Shown in pieces: positions 1 through 12,781 of a DNA stretch of 64,000 bases. The DNA is taken from positions 1,116,001 to 1,180,000 of the forward strand of contig OZ176051.1 of the NCBI GenBank assembly GCA_964247055.1. The letters run 5' to 3'. Within the stretch, counting starts at the first letter, position 1; the number at the start of each line of letters is the position of its first letter. The notes under the pieces are model-generated. The model had not been told where the DNA came from. It searched no databases and saw only the letters and a list, made by a program, of their open reading frames with translations. The position numbers and the translations under genes are program-made. The stretch comes from Paragordius varius (lineage: Eukaryota > Animalia > Nematomorpha).

Positions 1-207
1 GATTGATGTATGATTGTTTACAAAACTTTTGGGTTTCATAACAATTAACGCACGCCATTTCGGGTATATTATATATTAGATTATCGTATTCTATTTGTTA
101 TCCATTTTATTTGCGGTCGTCCTTTATTTTTTTCATTCTTGCATTGTATTACGTTTAATGTACCATTAACATATTCTAGTTTAAGTAGCTAATGAGGAAT
201 TCCTATT

Positions 208-960
208 TTATTTCGCTGCAGTGCTATTGCTTGCTATACTCATAAACTTTTCTATGCTTTGAATATCCATTTTTATTAAGTTTGTGTCGTTGCCCATGAC
301 TGACGACCAGTTAAGATTGCAAGTCAAATTGCCCTGTATAATTAATCTGTTCTCAAAGATACATGAGGATTTTTTAAATTGCCTTAAATTAATGAAACCC
401 ATGCAACTTAACAAATACTTTCTCAGGTGTACCATTGTTGCTAATTATCCCAAAAATTGGTTAATAATTCTATTCCATTACCAAAATTCATTTGTACTGA
501 ATCGCTTTGTGGTTATATACCATTAACAATTCAAATTCACCTTTATACAATTCAAATTCACCCTTGAACAATTCAAATTCACCCTAAAAATAAATTATGA
601 AATTTCGGTCTAATATAAATCATCATTATAATTAAATATATTTTTATGGCAAAGTTTATTATTTTTTCAGTATTATTTGGATTACATACAAAGTTTCTTT
701 TTTTAAAAATATAAAAAAATATAGGTAATGTTTAATCTTAAAAAACACAAAATTTATTTTCGGGTGAATTTGAATTGTTCGAAGGTGAATTTGAATTGTT
801 CAAGGGTGAACTTGAATTGTTTAAGGGTGAATTTGAACTGTAAATGGTATATCTTACTTTTTCCATGTATAAATTTTCCATTAATATTGGCCCAATGGTT
901 ATCACCTATAATTGTACAAACAGCATTGTATCGAATTCATATCAATGTTCTGTTCGCAGA
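208..960 (-). CDS. Putative 3' exons of an unidentified gene (about 930-858 and 440-208)
   Basis: A strong donor (A|GTAAGA near 857) and an acceptor (ataattag|CA near 441) are phase-compatible across an intron holding a MITE, giving ...IIGDNHWANINGKFIHGK-TTMVHLRKYLL...STAAK*. No homology recognised, and a + strand reading is also open. Confidence 0.3.
516..851 (+). mobile_element. MITE family A, copy 1 (TATACCATT termini, inverted 21-bp subterminal arrays)
   Basis: The left end TATACCATTAACAATTCAAATTCACC is the reverse complement of the right end GGTGAATTTGAACTGTAAATGGTATA. Each side carries tandem 21-mers close to CCTTGAACAATTCAAATTCAC. The interior matches copies at 5263 and 19950. Confidence 0.9.
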
Positions 961-2247
961 TATTTCATAGAAATTTGACGATATTAGAAATCGTTGTCCT
1001 GTTATCATTATATTTTTCTTATCTGTTTTGTAATCAAGCCTTTTTTGTAAAGTTTACACCTTATCTTTTTTCTCTAATAATTCTCCATACGATTTTGATG
1101 TTAAGATATAAAGATCTGCATAAAGTGCTTCAAAAAATATGGTCCATATCTTATTTCTTCAGATATTATATAATAAAAAAAAGGCACTCTGTGTAATCCA
1201 TTATTATAGCTAAATCTAGGGTTTTAACTGTCGTTTTTTTGCATAAATATCATCCTATTGAGAACAACAAACTGTACATAACAAAGTACTCTTGGGACAA
1301 AATGTGCCTGATGACTAATAATCATATTGAAATATAAATATAAAAGTATAATATGTGTTGCTTATCTCACAGAGCTTTATTATTGAAACGTGCGATAAAG
1401 TTATATGAAAGCATAATAGAAAAGATAATAAGAATATTTGGAAGCTGTGCCAATATCCATTCGCGTTTCTCCAAAATTAATCAACCATCAAACCATCTGC
1501 ACACCTTAGGACAATTACAAGAGAAATTACCTTGTCAAAATGGAAAAAAACTTATGATCACGTTTCCCAATAAATTAACCTCATAGACGTTGAGAGAAAA
1601 TTAGGTACCTGAATATTTTAAAGAATTTATCATACTACTATACAAATACATTTGCGACAATTAAAACTCGTGTAAGAATTTTTTTTAATTTTTATTCAAA
1701 ATTAATTAACCAAGGCAAATAAAATAAAGTATTATCATACCTTTGTTAAATAAGCATAAAAACCATTTTCTGGGAAAAATATTTTAAAAATAATATAATG
1801 GATTTAAAAGGTTTGAGATGATTAAAAAACATGTAGTAAATAATTTTTTACATTGGCACATGTTAATTAAAAACTTGCGGACTTTTATTTTAGTTAACAA
1901 TAGGAAATAAATAAATAGATTTATTATGTAAAAATCCTATAAATAAGTATTGTTATTTAACTATGAATAATATTTAGAACTTAAAATTTAAAATAAAACC
2001 AAAAAGTTGACAATTGCACAGTCTTAAAATTTGATTAAAAATAATATTAATAAAGAAATAAATTAAAAAAACTTATCCATCATGTTGTGACAATGTTTCG
2101 AAAAAAATTTATATAACATAATTTACATCAGAGTTTATACAAAAGATCACATGTAATAGAATTACAAGAATTAAATGTCATCAAAACTAATACATGATAT
2201 ATTAAGGCCTAATTAAAATATGATCAAAAATACTAATAATTTATTAC

Positions 2248-5200
2248 TTTATAAACGCATCCGAGAGCTGGTTGTTTCTGACAAGTAACCAAATGAGTTC
2301 CAATCCCATAACAATCTACTTCATTACCCTAAAAATGGATTATAAAGACAAATAAAATGAACATCTTTTTACCGACATACATAATTGTAAAACATAATTT
2401 ATATTTGACTTAAAAAATATGCAAATTTAAATTTTTTCTGCTAAATCGCATTCTTTCGCTTAGGCTGAATAGAATTTAATACAACGGATAAAAAAGCGTA
2501 AGCGAAATTTTATTTAATAATATGCCATAAGGATATTCTTAAACGCAATTATTATCGATAAAGTTTTTAAAAATATTCAAGGGTCCTAGAGTACAGGTAA
2601 TGCTAAGAAATAGCATTTTGGCATTAAATTAGAAACAATAACCTTGATATTATGCGGTAAAAGATTTTATTTATTAAAATAATAAATTTACTATTTAGAT
2701 TTTACCCAACAGGATTTAAGAGTGACATAAAAATAGAAATTTTCAGAATTCGCATCAAAGTTGAAAGTAGCGTATAATTTATACATAATGATCCAATTGT
2801 TGTATTTTACCTTTCCGATGCAATTAGATGAGGTAAAAAGATCTATTTTAAATTTGAGTCGGATAGATATTTTTATCTCCATCAACTTGTATAGGGCACA
2901 CGAAAATAATTAAGGATTGTCAAGGAAAACAACTTCAAAAGTATGATATATGTAAAGTCATTTTTAATAACTAATTCCATATTGACTCTTAACTCACATT
3001 TGTTGCCCCTTTTTATTATAATCAATTTATTTTTAGGTTGTAAATGATTGTTTTGTTTATTTTACTTGGTTTCCCTCCCTCTCAGTTTTAAATAGATTTA
3101 GTTTATTATCTTAATTTTTTTTATTGTTTAACAAAAACAAATAAAGGTTGTACAATATGAAAAAGCTATCACACATATCTGATTTTCCCTATACAGTTGT
3201 CCAAAACATTTATTTTTATTACTATTTTATTTAACAGGTTTAAATAAATCTGCATATAATATGTATATAATTGTGTTAATACTTGTTCATTTAACGAATA
3301 AAGAGTTTCTTCATTGATATCATTGCTTGCTATAATTTTGACATTTTCAATCCAACTAACATTGCTATATCTAAAATTTTAATAATGCTTAAAATTAAAT
3401 TAAACTTTGTAGCAACTTGAGTAAAGTAAGTTCTACATTTGATTGATAAGTAGGACAAATCTCCACTATCGATGCGAATCCCAATAGCTTTGTAATTTGA
3501 TTCATTTAGGGCCAAAGATACGGCCAAAAAATTGGGGAGTCCACTCCGCAAAACATCATAAGTATCGACTAGAGCTACAAAATGGTCAGGAAAGGAACGC
3601 GCATAAGCAGCAAAAGCCAACAATTCTCCTATAAAAATATTAATATTACAATAAAACTTGGGTTAAAATTATAAAGACATAAAACATAAAAAGTAAAAGC
3701 AGACTATTTTTATTGAAAAAACAACAACCATATTTTTCTACATAGATCGTATATGGCGTTAAAAATGTAAATTGGTAAAACACTAAATATCATTTATTCA
3801 AAAATGTTAGCCATAGAGGTTATAAATTTAAAAATCAAATAATATGACTCTTCATATAAAAATATTATTTTTTAATGTTTAATATCAATTTTTATGGCAT
3901 ATGAGGCATGAGTAATTACCCAAATTCGTTTGACAAACTTCATCATCTATGAGGTGAGGAAATATCTCACGACAAATTCGTAATCGCCATTCCTTGCATA
4001 ATTCGATGAAGGTTATTGATAATTTGAGTTTTTTATTTTTCGATTGAGGTTGTATATTACTCTAATTTTTTAAATCAATTAAATTTGATCGTTTATTATC
4101 TTTATTAGGGCGTTAATTTAATCATAAATATAGTAAGAATAATAAAGTGGATAAGCCACAAATATCAAATATATCAATCTTTTGTAGTAAACTTAATGGA
4201 TGAGCTCATGTATACAATTAGAGGTTTACATTATTTTAAATTTTTGAAATTAACTAAAAAATGGACAAATACTTATTATATTTTGAAAAAATATCTTCAA
4301 AATAAAATTATATTTTTGATTTCAAATACTAATAGAAGAAAATATACATTATAAAGATCTGAGTCATTTAGGAAAGAAGATACAAATGCGTGAGAATGCG
4401 TTCCGTCAACAGGAATGTTGTAAATTTTCCCAGCCAATAAATTGCTTGTTGCATCAAATCCTAAATATTCAATTTAATTTTTAAAAAATATTGAAAAAAA
4501 ACAATAAGAGGTATATATCCGAAAAAAATTTGTAGGGTCTGACAAAAATTAGAGAGTACATCTCGTCTCTTAAGTTTATAGTTATGAAAAGTTTTAAACA
4601 CAATAGAGATATAATTGAAATTGAGTTTGATTTGCGTCGGATTTAAATGATATTTTTATTTTTAATAGATTGAAAAATGTGCAATGCACGCGATTTTGAG
4701 AATTGCTTTTTTTAAGATAAAATTAAATTAAATGCTATCATAGGTATTTGATAAAAAATATAATTGTCAATCTATCGAAAAAATAATTTTCTATTATCTT
4801 AATCAAAATTGAAAGGCTAAAAATAAGTTCTTTAAAACTCGTGTTTTTGTAAATTTAAGCCTATGATATCTCGCATATATTTATCTTATCTCATATATTT
4901 AACATACATAAAAATATAAACCACAGATTGAAATTATCATACCAACATTTAATGTTTTTTTAAATATTGTAGAAAATACATGAGCCAAGATCCAAATTTT
5001 TTTATTATAAAATATTTTATTTTAAATAAATTTAAGGTTAAAATAGAACAATTTCCCATAATTACGCAATAATGTAGTTTTCAGAAAAAAACTAGGTGTT
5101 CTATCATGTTATATTTAATTTAATTATCGTTTTTAACTAAATTTACAACATAATTCTGGACTTTTTATACAATCATGTTGTCATTTTAAAACCCATATGA

Positions 5201-7307
5201 CTCTAAAGTCAGAATTTTCCTGAACAATTAAAAAAATGTGTTTGTATGCATATCGCTTTTATTATACAATTTACAGTTTAAATTCACCCTCGAACAATTC
5301 AAATTCACCCTAACATAAATTATGTGTATTTCTACAATAAAACTTTATTTTTTGATATTTTTTAAAATATGAAATTTGTTTAAAATTAATATAATGCTGA
5401 AAAAATAATAAATTATGTCGTAAAAATATTTAGATTAATAATGAGTTATACTAGCCCAAAAACATCTAATTTATTTTTAGGGTGAATTTGAATTGTTCAA
5501 AAGTGTTAAATTGTTCAAGAGTGAATTTGAATCGTTCGAGGGTGAAATTGAATTGTTTAAGGGTGAATTTAAATTAGATTATTAAAATCAATGAACGTTA
5601 CCAAAATCCCGTCTAAACTAAGTTTAATTAAATGTCAAACTTTTAATCATAAAAATAGAAAAAATAATTAAACCGGATTTTATTTGGGTTTAAACTAGTA
5701 ATACGGTCTAAAGAATTGTTTCACCATCTCTAAACAATAATGCATGGCTAATGATAACATATAATATTATAATAATGACTTTTATTTCGACAGAATCACG
5801 ATCGCTACTTACTGTTGATAAAACACGTCTTTTATCAAAATTTTTCTGATGAAAAGTTGATGTATAATGAAAAAAAATAGAAACAAATGGCATATAAACG
5901 ACATAAATTCAAAATAAATGAAATCAGTTATCATTTTTATAGAAATAGTTTACCTTTAAATGATAATTTAATATTAACTGATATATGTCATAATTATCTT
6001 TGATTTATAATTAAAACTTAAAATTATTAATAACAGCGGGTAAATAAAATTTGGATTTTTTAAATATAAAAAAATGAATCGGATTTTCATATAAAATAAT
6101 AATCATTAAATAATGTAAGGCCCAAATTCTTTGACAAATATAATAAATAACCGGCAAATATTTCAAAATAATTTTTTTACATCAATATTTATTTATTTTT
6201 ATTGTAGGTATAAGGTTTAGTTTTTTTGTGTTTTTAAATAGTTACAAATATATAATGTATTCTGCTGTATGCATTTATTACCTTAAAAGTTAAATTAAAA
6301 ACCATTTCTATCCATAAATATTGATTATATGATTGGTTTAAATAAAAATTTAAAACACTATGTATGTGTCCTTAAAACATAAAAAAACAATATATATATA
6401 TATGCTTAATAATATTTTATCAAGGCATTGTATTTAGTAAATTCACATGAAAAATAAAGGCTTTCAGTTATAATGTTATTTGAATGCTGTCCTTTATTAC
6501 TATTTTCTTTTATAAATACCTTAAAATTAACATAGATTGTCTACAGAAGGAAAAAAATAGCATTCTATTTTAAATTAAAAATACCAACAGTTAAAAAATG
6601 GTTGATTTTTTAATATTTTCTAATCAGTCAAAATTATATAATGAATTAAACCTCCGGCATAACAATAACGAGAAGCGGATAATCCGCCATCCGGCCCTTG
6701 AGCTCTGCGCAAACCAAACTCCAGCAAACGTTTTTTGGGTCCGGCTGCAATCCTATATCTGGCAGCGTTTGTGGTGACTAGACTAAAGAAGGTTATCGAT
6801 TAGCAAAAAAAAGTTACCTGGCATAATTGACAAAAGTTAAAAATGGAGTTTCTAAAAGTTGCAAAACTGGCAAAGGACCCTCCAAAGTAAGAAGGGGTAC
6901 TCGAGGAAAAACTATGGTTCCCTCTGGTATTGAATGCAACGTAACTTTATCTGCATTTAAACCACGAAGATAATCATAAAATTCATCCTCAACATAAACT
7001 GGCAATACGTTCTTTAAATATTCAATATCTAAAAATATATTTTAGATTACCTTCCTTTTCAAATACAAAATTTTTAAGCAATCTTATACAATCGCTTAAT
7101 CCGGAAAAAATTGTGTATTCTCCGCCAAACGGGTTTTTTCTAAAATAGAGATCAAAAACAGCAGATTTGTCTTTAAAACCATTCTTCCAATAGGCATAAG
7201 CCATGGTTACTTGGTACAAATCTTAAAATTATGCCATACTAACCTGTTAATAATGGAGTAAAAATTCTGATATCTTTATCTATCCCATTTTGCAAACACT
7301 CTCCCAT
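2248..7307 (-). CDS. NAPRT: Nicotinate phosphoribosyltransferase, 5' two-thirds; exons 7307-7244, 7221-7051, 7028-6818, 6782-6652, 4460-4348, 4061-3920, 3628-3406, 3370-3283, 2328-2248; remaining exons not found in window
   Basis: GT-AG splicing keeps the frame and gives [49 protein letters not shown] (phospho-His motif), [28 protein letters not shown] and [21 protein letters not shown], all recognisable NAPRT motifs in the correct order. Confidence 0.95.
5263..5575 (-). mobile_element. MITE family A, copy 2 (inverted orientation, right end eroded), in NAPRT intron 4
   Basis: Same 21-bp arrays; the interior is the reverse complement of copies 1 and 3. Confidence 0.85.
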
Positions 7308-10300
7308 CGTAGTAAAAATAGTTGTATTTTTCTTCTTGAAAAGGTCACCACATGATATAAGCCTTACCTAGAGCTATTATGAAACATGCGTAATCGGTCT
7401 GCAAATAAAAATATAACTTCAAGAGTTAATTATACCTTAGCATTAACTATATAAAGTTTTACTATTAATGCAAGACAAAATAAACATTCTATATCTTTTA
7501 CAGGATTAAATGCCCATAAAAATTGTAACGCATATAATTTCACGAATTATGTGTTCTACTGTGCTAGTTTAAATATATGTGCCAGATATCTGAGAAAAAT
7601 ATACCAGTTAAAATTGAAGCAATAGCAAAATAAGCGGTAATTTTTTAATCTTTGACAGATAAAGGGTTTAGATTAAAATATTTTGTTTATATCAGAGAAC
7701 AATATCGGTGTTTTAAATAATATTCTGAAAAAATTGTATCAGGTTTTTTATAGCCCTTTTATTTCGTTTAGTGGATTCGAATTGGGGTAACTTGTGACCC
7801 CAGACTTTATTTGAATTATTTAAAGGTCTACTGAAAAGAGAGGTTATAATTTAAATTTATGCTTCTTTTCTGTTACCTATGCAAATATTATCTATATATT
7901 TTGTATGTATGATACAAATTGTAAGGATGTTAATATTTTCATACTGTATATTATTTTTGTATTATGATGTAAATAATTTGGTTAACACGTTTTTCTTTGT
8001 ATATCATGCACGTCATGGATTATCCTTAATTATATTTGTTTTATTTGATATCATGAAAACTCCCTTTATAAAAATTGTATATATACATATATCGCAATTT
8101 TTACAATAAATCATTATTATTATATAATTAATTTATATTCGTTATGATTTAAACTTAACAACATCGGTGGTCAATCGAATTCCGAACCATGACAACGGTA
8201 ATCGATGCGTCTAGAAATATAATGATAATATAAAGTTTGAGGAATACGTTGATTATTTGACAAATGTTATGGAAGCGAAAGATATTCCAGTAACAGAACA
8301 AGCCCTCAAAACAACCTTGCTTGCCTATGGTGGTCTATTGGTTGTACGCAAAATTAATCAACTACCGTATCAGAAAAAATAATGGATGCAACATGGAGCG
8401 AGATAATGGCAACATGCCTAAAAGTTTTTAATCCCACAAAATCAAAATTTCAAAGTAGATTTGAATATTTTTGACTTGTGCGGAGCAACGTTGAATCTTT
8501 TATTAATTTTTAAAACGGGTTATAGCAGTCGAAGAGGCCAAATTCAATGATTCGATTGAGGAACGTATTCGGATGCCTTCGTCATTGGTTTACGGCTACC
8601 TCAATCAGAAATCTATATGCAATTGAGGTATCCCGATGCCGAGATCAACGGGCAACCCGTGCCAGAAACGATAGTGGATCTCGCACTAACACATAGGATG
8701 CTAGGACCGCTTAATAACAATAATGATAATACCATTTATAACAATAATAATAAGTCAATTACAACACAACAATAATAATAAGGCCGAGTGTTCACGACAG
8801 CCAAGCAAAACCCCAAACACATTCGTGCAATCGTTGTGGTGGTAGGCATGGCTACTAATGTCTTGCCTAAAACCGCAATTGCAATAAATGCGGAAAACCC
8901 AACACTTCGCTAAAATGTGTACATCAAAAAACGCTGACAAGAGTATGTTCAACTGCCAGATCCATAAAAAAGCGATGCCAATGTCACCATGAGTAAGAAT
9001 AATGATTCAAATACAGAATAAGAATTTTTTACGACACAGGAGCCAATATCGGTGTAATCAACTTTGAGACATGGAAGCAAGTTGGTAAGCCAAACTTTAG
9101 ACCCATACCGCCATTAAAAGCCTAACTGGGCGTAACAACAGTTACAGTGCAAATGAATGGGCATAATTTGGCGGACGCAGAATGTTGTGTACTGAAAGAA
9201 AGGTCAAAGGCACTTCTCATTTGAGTCTTGGATTGGATCACGACATCGACATTCCTAAACTACGAATTAACTTTTAAAACATAATAAAATTATTAAAAAA
9301 TTTCCTAATCTATTTAAGTAGGAATTAGTCTGTTGTGACCCGGTAAAAATTCATATAGCATCCAACGCATCCCCCAAGGTTTGGCCATGTCATCGAGTAC
9401 CGTTACCCATAAGAGCAAAAGTTGAGAACGAATTGCTAAGACTGCAGAAGGATATTATGGAACCAATAGATCGCAACCTCAAACTTCTTACATTGGCCAC
9501 GCCAACCGTCAACGTACTAAAGGTGAACATAGAGCTGAGAATCTGTAGCGACTTAGAGTCACGATCAACAAATGGCTGACGCAGGGAATCTCACATCACC
9601 CCAACGTTTGATGATTTGGTAAGTATGCTTGACGAAGGACAAGCTTTCACTAAGATTGATCTGAAAGATGCCTATCTACAAATGCCCATTCTAAAGGATC
9701 ACAACGCCTCCTAACAATTACAACACTAGGGATTTTCCCGCTGAAAAGAATGCCTTTCGGATTAACAACAGCACCGATAATATTTCAGCGAGACCAATAA
9801 AAGACTGTCCAAGAACTTGTACATATTTAGATGATGTTTTAGTAACTGGCAAATCTAAAAAGCAACATTTAATAAATCTTAGCAAGGTTTTAAATCGGTT
9901 AAAATTGGCAGGTTTTAAATTAAGAAAAGATAAAATAAAAATTGGTGAACCTTCAGTAAGTTATCTGGGATAATAAGTAATAAAGATATAATAGTTTTGT
10001 AAGAATAACAATCAATGATTTTAAAAAACCTGTGGATATCTTTTAGGATTTTTTTAGGATTTTTAACATATTATAAAGGATTTATACCCACTCAATTATT
10101 GCAAGTGATTTACATAGGTTAACAAGTTGAATGTCAGATGGAGCTGGTCGGAAAAACACAAGAAAGGTTAGTTAGCAGCAAAAGAATTGTTAAGCTAACA
10201 AGTGTTTTTAACCATACAATCGGGATAGTAAGTTAATTGAAACCGATGCCTCACACATAGGGTTTGGATATATTTTAAGTCATGTGGTAAATGGTGAAAT

Positions 10301-10398
10301 GAAACCTATTGCTAATACTTCTAGAAAGTGCTGGACCGCAGATCTAAAATACTCTGCGATAGAAAGGGAATCAAAGGCTATTGTTTTTGCTAAACTAA

Positions 10399-11907
10399 CA
10401 CTTCGATTCAAACTGCGGTATCTAAACACCCCAGACTAAGTTTGAGGGATTTTTAAAAAACTACTAAATGAAACGGTCCCAATTAAAATGTATGCTTCTA
10501 TCCTAAACAAAATTATATAAATATGCCAAAAATATCGAAATAAAAATTTGTTTTGAAAAAAAGTTCCACAAATTAATTCGACGCCATTTTTACTTTACAA
10601 AATTTTTGCAAAATATCGTCTTCATTTAATTTTAAGGGTAAAATTAAAGCTAATTTTAAATTACATCTAACATTGATAGAAATAGAACAAGCGGTTTATT
10701 TTGTATTATTTTTCAATTTTACCATTGCACACATGTCATGTTGACCATATTTTTACCTTTCGGTTTTAGGGTGGGGTGATAAAAAAGTCGCACTTGACTT
10801 GTAAATTAAGCGTGGCAAGTTGAGCAAGTTTACTTAAGCCAGCAAGTGTACACTTGAAGATCGGTGATAAAAAAAACATTTGTCAAGTCTTTTGCTTATG
10901 AATGTAACCTTTTTTTACCACCCGATTCGAGTTTTAATATTTTGATCATTTTCAGCCAAAATTTATGAAATAAGGCAACGCACTGGCAAGTATCTTATTT
11001 AATATTATACAATTTTTTGGATATTGAGCCTGGTAATATTTTTAAGATGGATGAAACCATTCGCCCTTAAAACAATTTTCAATTCTTTATCACACTACAT
11101 TTTGTTTGGAGTCCATATAATGGGAAGATGTTTATACAATATATCATAATTATTTTTATTGATTATAAACATTACATACGAAATAAATTTATGATAAAAT
11201 AAATTCTTTACATTGGTTAATAGTGAAGTAACCTTTTGCTTTTAATAAACGAAGATTTGAAATTATACAAGATTAATATTTAATTATTAATTTTAAGAAA
11301 TTTTCGAGAATCCAATTTTTTTTGCGGTCACGGAATTGGTATATTTATCATATTTTTATATGTCATGTTATTAAATATTAGCAGAGTTTTCCTATAAATT
11401 TATCCTTTTTTGTATCCACCCGATGAATAGATTAATTAGCCAAAATTTATCAAATTCACAATTTATAGCATTAACAAAGGTTTGAATTACATATAAAACC
11501 TAAATTTTATCCATATTTTTAAATCTATCAAGTATGCCCTATACCACACTTGCAAAATCTTTTAGTTTTAATTGATCATATGATTTTCCGTCACCTCCTT
11601 ATCAAGTTTTCTTGCTTTACTTAAGTCGTGTAATGTTAAATTTTTTTTATGAAAGCAAGCCATGACTTGAAAAACTTGCAAGTCAAGTCAAAAAAAAATT
11701 TTTTCACCCGACCCTTAGGTTAAAATAAGTAATATGAAGTATTTTTAAATAAAAATTTTTACATATTTCGGTTTATAAATTTTATATAAAGGCTAAAATT
11801 TGCCATGGTTTCGATTCCTTTAATATTTTTTTAAGAATTTAATTTCAAACAGGCCCAAGACCTCCCCAATTTGAATCGAACTAAAATAAATGTGTTGTAT
11901 CCAAGTG
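10399..11907 (+). mobile_element. piggyBac-like non-autonomous element (~560 bp), split by a Harbinger-like MITE
   Basis: Ends read CTAA|CACTTCGATTCAAA and TATCCAAGTG|TTAA. Segments 10399-10765 and 11718-11907 align with the reverse complement of 38644-39204. Confidence 0.8.
10769..11714. mobile_element. PIF/Harbinger-like (Tourist-type) non-autonomous element
   Basis: TIRs GGGTGGGGTGATAAAAAA...ACTTGACTTG and its reverse-complement counterpart GGGTCGGGTGAAAAAA...ACTTGACTTG. TTA flanks both sides (10766-10768, 11715-11717). GGG termini with a TTA target duplication are typical of PIF/Harbinger. Confidence 0.8.
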
Positions 11908-12781
11908 TTAAGTTTCATTACTTCGTCTATGTAAGAAAGTTTAAAATTTTGATGAACCACTTACTACTGGTTAGATTGGTCAATAGGGATATAAATTTAA
12001 AAGAAATTCAGAATGCGAAAGTTTTAAGATGGGTTACCTGACTGAATGATTATGATTTTGAATTAAGTTATCAGGCGGGTCCAAAAAATAGAGCCGAAGG
12101 ACTGAAATGAATGTGTTATATTCAAGTGTTAAATGAGTGGTTATAAGCAATGGCGTAAAGGGAATAAAAAGGGAGTATATATTTCTTAAACATATGAATT
12201 AATGGGCGCTAAATAGAGATGTTATATTGAAAAAAAATTACATAAACCTTGGTCAATATCAAAGAGGGGCCATCAAGGATATACTAGAAGTCCCTAATAA
12301 TATGCTAGGTCAATACTCATGAGGCCAAAAAATCTTGAATATGATACTTGAACAAATTTATTATATTCTTACGACGCGCCCTTGTTTGCACTCTGCAATC
12401 AGTCAGCGCATATTTGAATGATTTAAATCTCAACTTTGAAATCAGGAATATGCCCTACCCCGAATTCTCCAAAGCTCATATTCTACTTTTATTTATTAAG
12501 ATAACAAATTAAGGCATTGGGTGCTTTTCATCAAAATAAAATTTTATAAGTAAATTAAAAAGTAAGTGAAACTAATTATTTTAGACCTATTACCAAAAAC
12601 AGCCAAAATCCGTGCATATATTGTAAATCATTAAATTTAATGGTGCTAATTTTTGTATTTATGAAATATAAAGCTATATGTTTTTTATAACCAGTATTTA
12701 TGAATGTACTAGGGCTTATAAAAATATTTTACGAAATTAGCGGCTGAGATACTTTTAATTGTTAAGCTAACTTCCTTCACC

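Larger units (their letters stand above)
8160..12420 (+). mobile_element. Decayed Ty3/gypsy LTR retrotransposon (gag, RT, RNase H, integrase start), interrupted by MITEs at 10399-11907
   Basis: Fragmented frames give gag (EERIRDAFVIG-like) and two CCHC knuckles (8825-8920). RT: FTKIDLKDAYLQ and RMPFGLTTAPIIFQR (9650-9790). RNase H: ETDASHIG...YSAIERESKAIVFA (10240-10395), resuming as KFHYFVYVRKF...VLRW...DYDFELSY (11910-12090). An integrase GHQG motif lies near 12270. Many stops and frameshifts; no LTRs seen. Confidence 0.85.

Noticed and set aside
60-180. GRPQIKW on the minus strand as a LINE 3' remnant
   Set aside because: A single short motif with no supporting RT sequence.
516-851. 21-bp repeats as a CRISPR array
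   Set aside because: The units are contiguous with no spacers, inverted between the two ends, and there are no cas genes. The context is eukaryotic and fits a MITE.
728-970. ORF with repeated RVNLNC motifs
   Set aside because: It is only the translation of the MITE's 21-bp array.
2691-2900. ALYKLMEIK as the NAPRT exon after GCVYK
   Set aside because: It lies upstream of the real GCVYK exon (2328-2248) in transcript order and lacks fitting splice sites. The + strand has a weak hAT-like QLDE string, too poor to call.
4329-4347. Possible 19-nt intron in NAPRT
   Set aside because: Using that AG hits an in-frame TAA after six codons; the acceptor at 4062 gives an open, phase-correct exon.
7900-8200. 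5' LTR and primer-binding site for the gypsy element
   Set aside because: No matching second LTR was found near 12.4 kb, and the possible PBS could not be matched to a tRNA.
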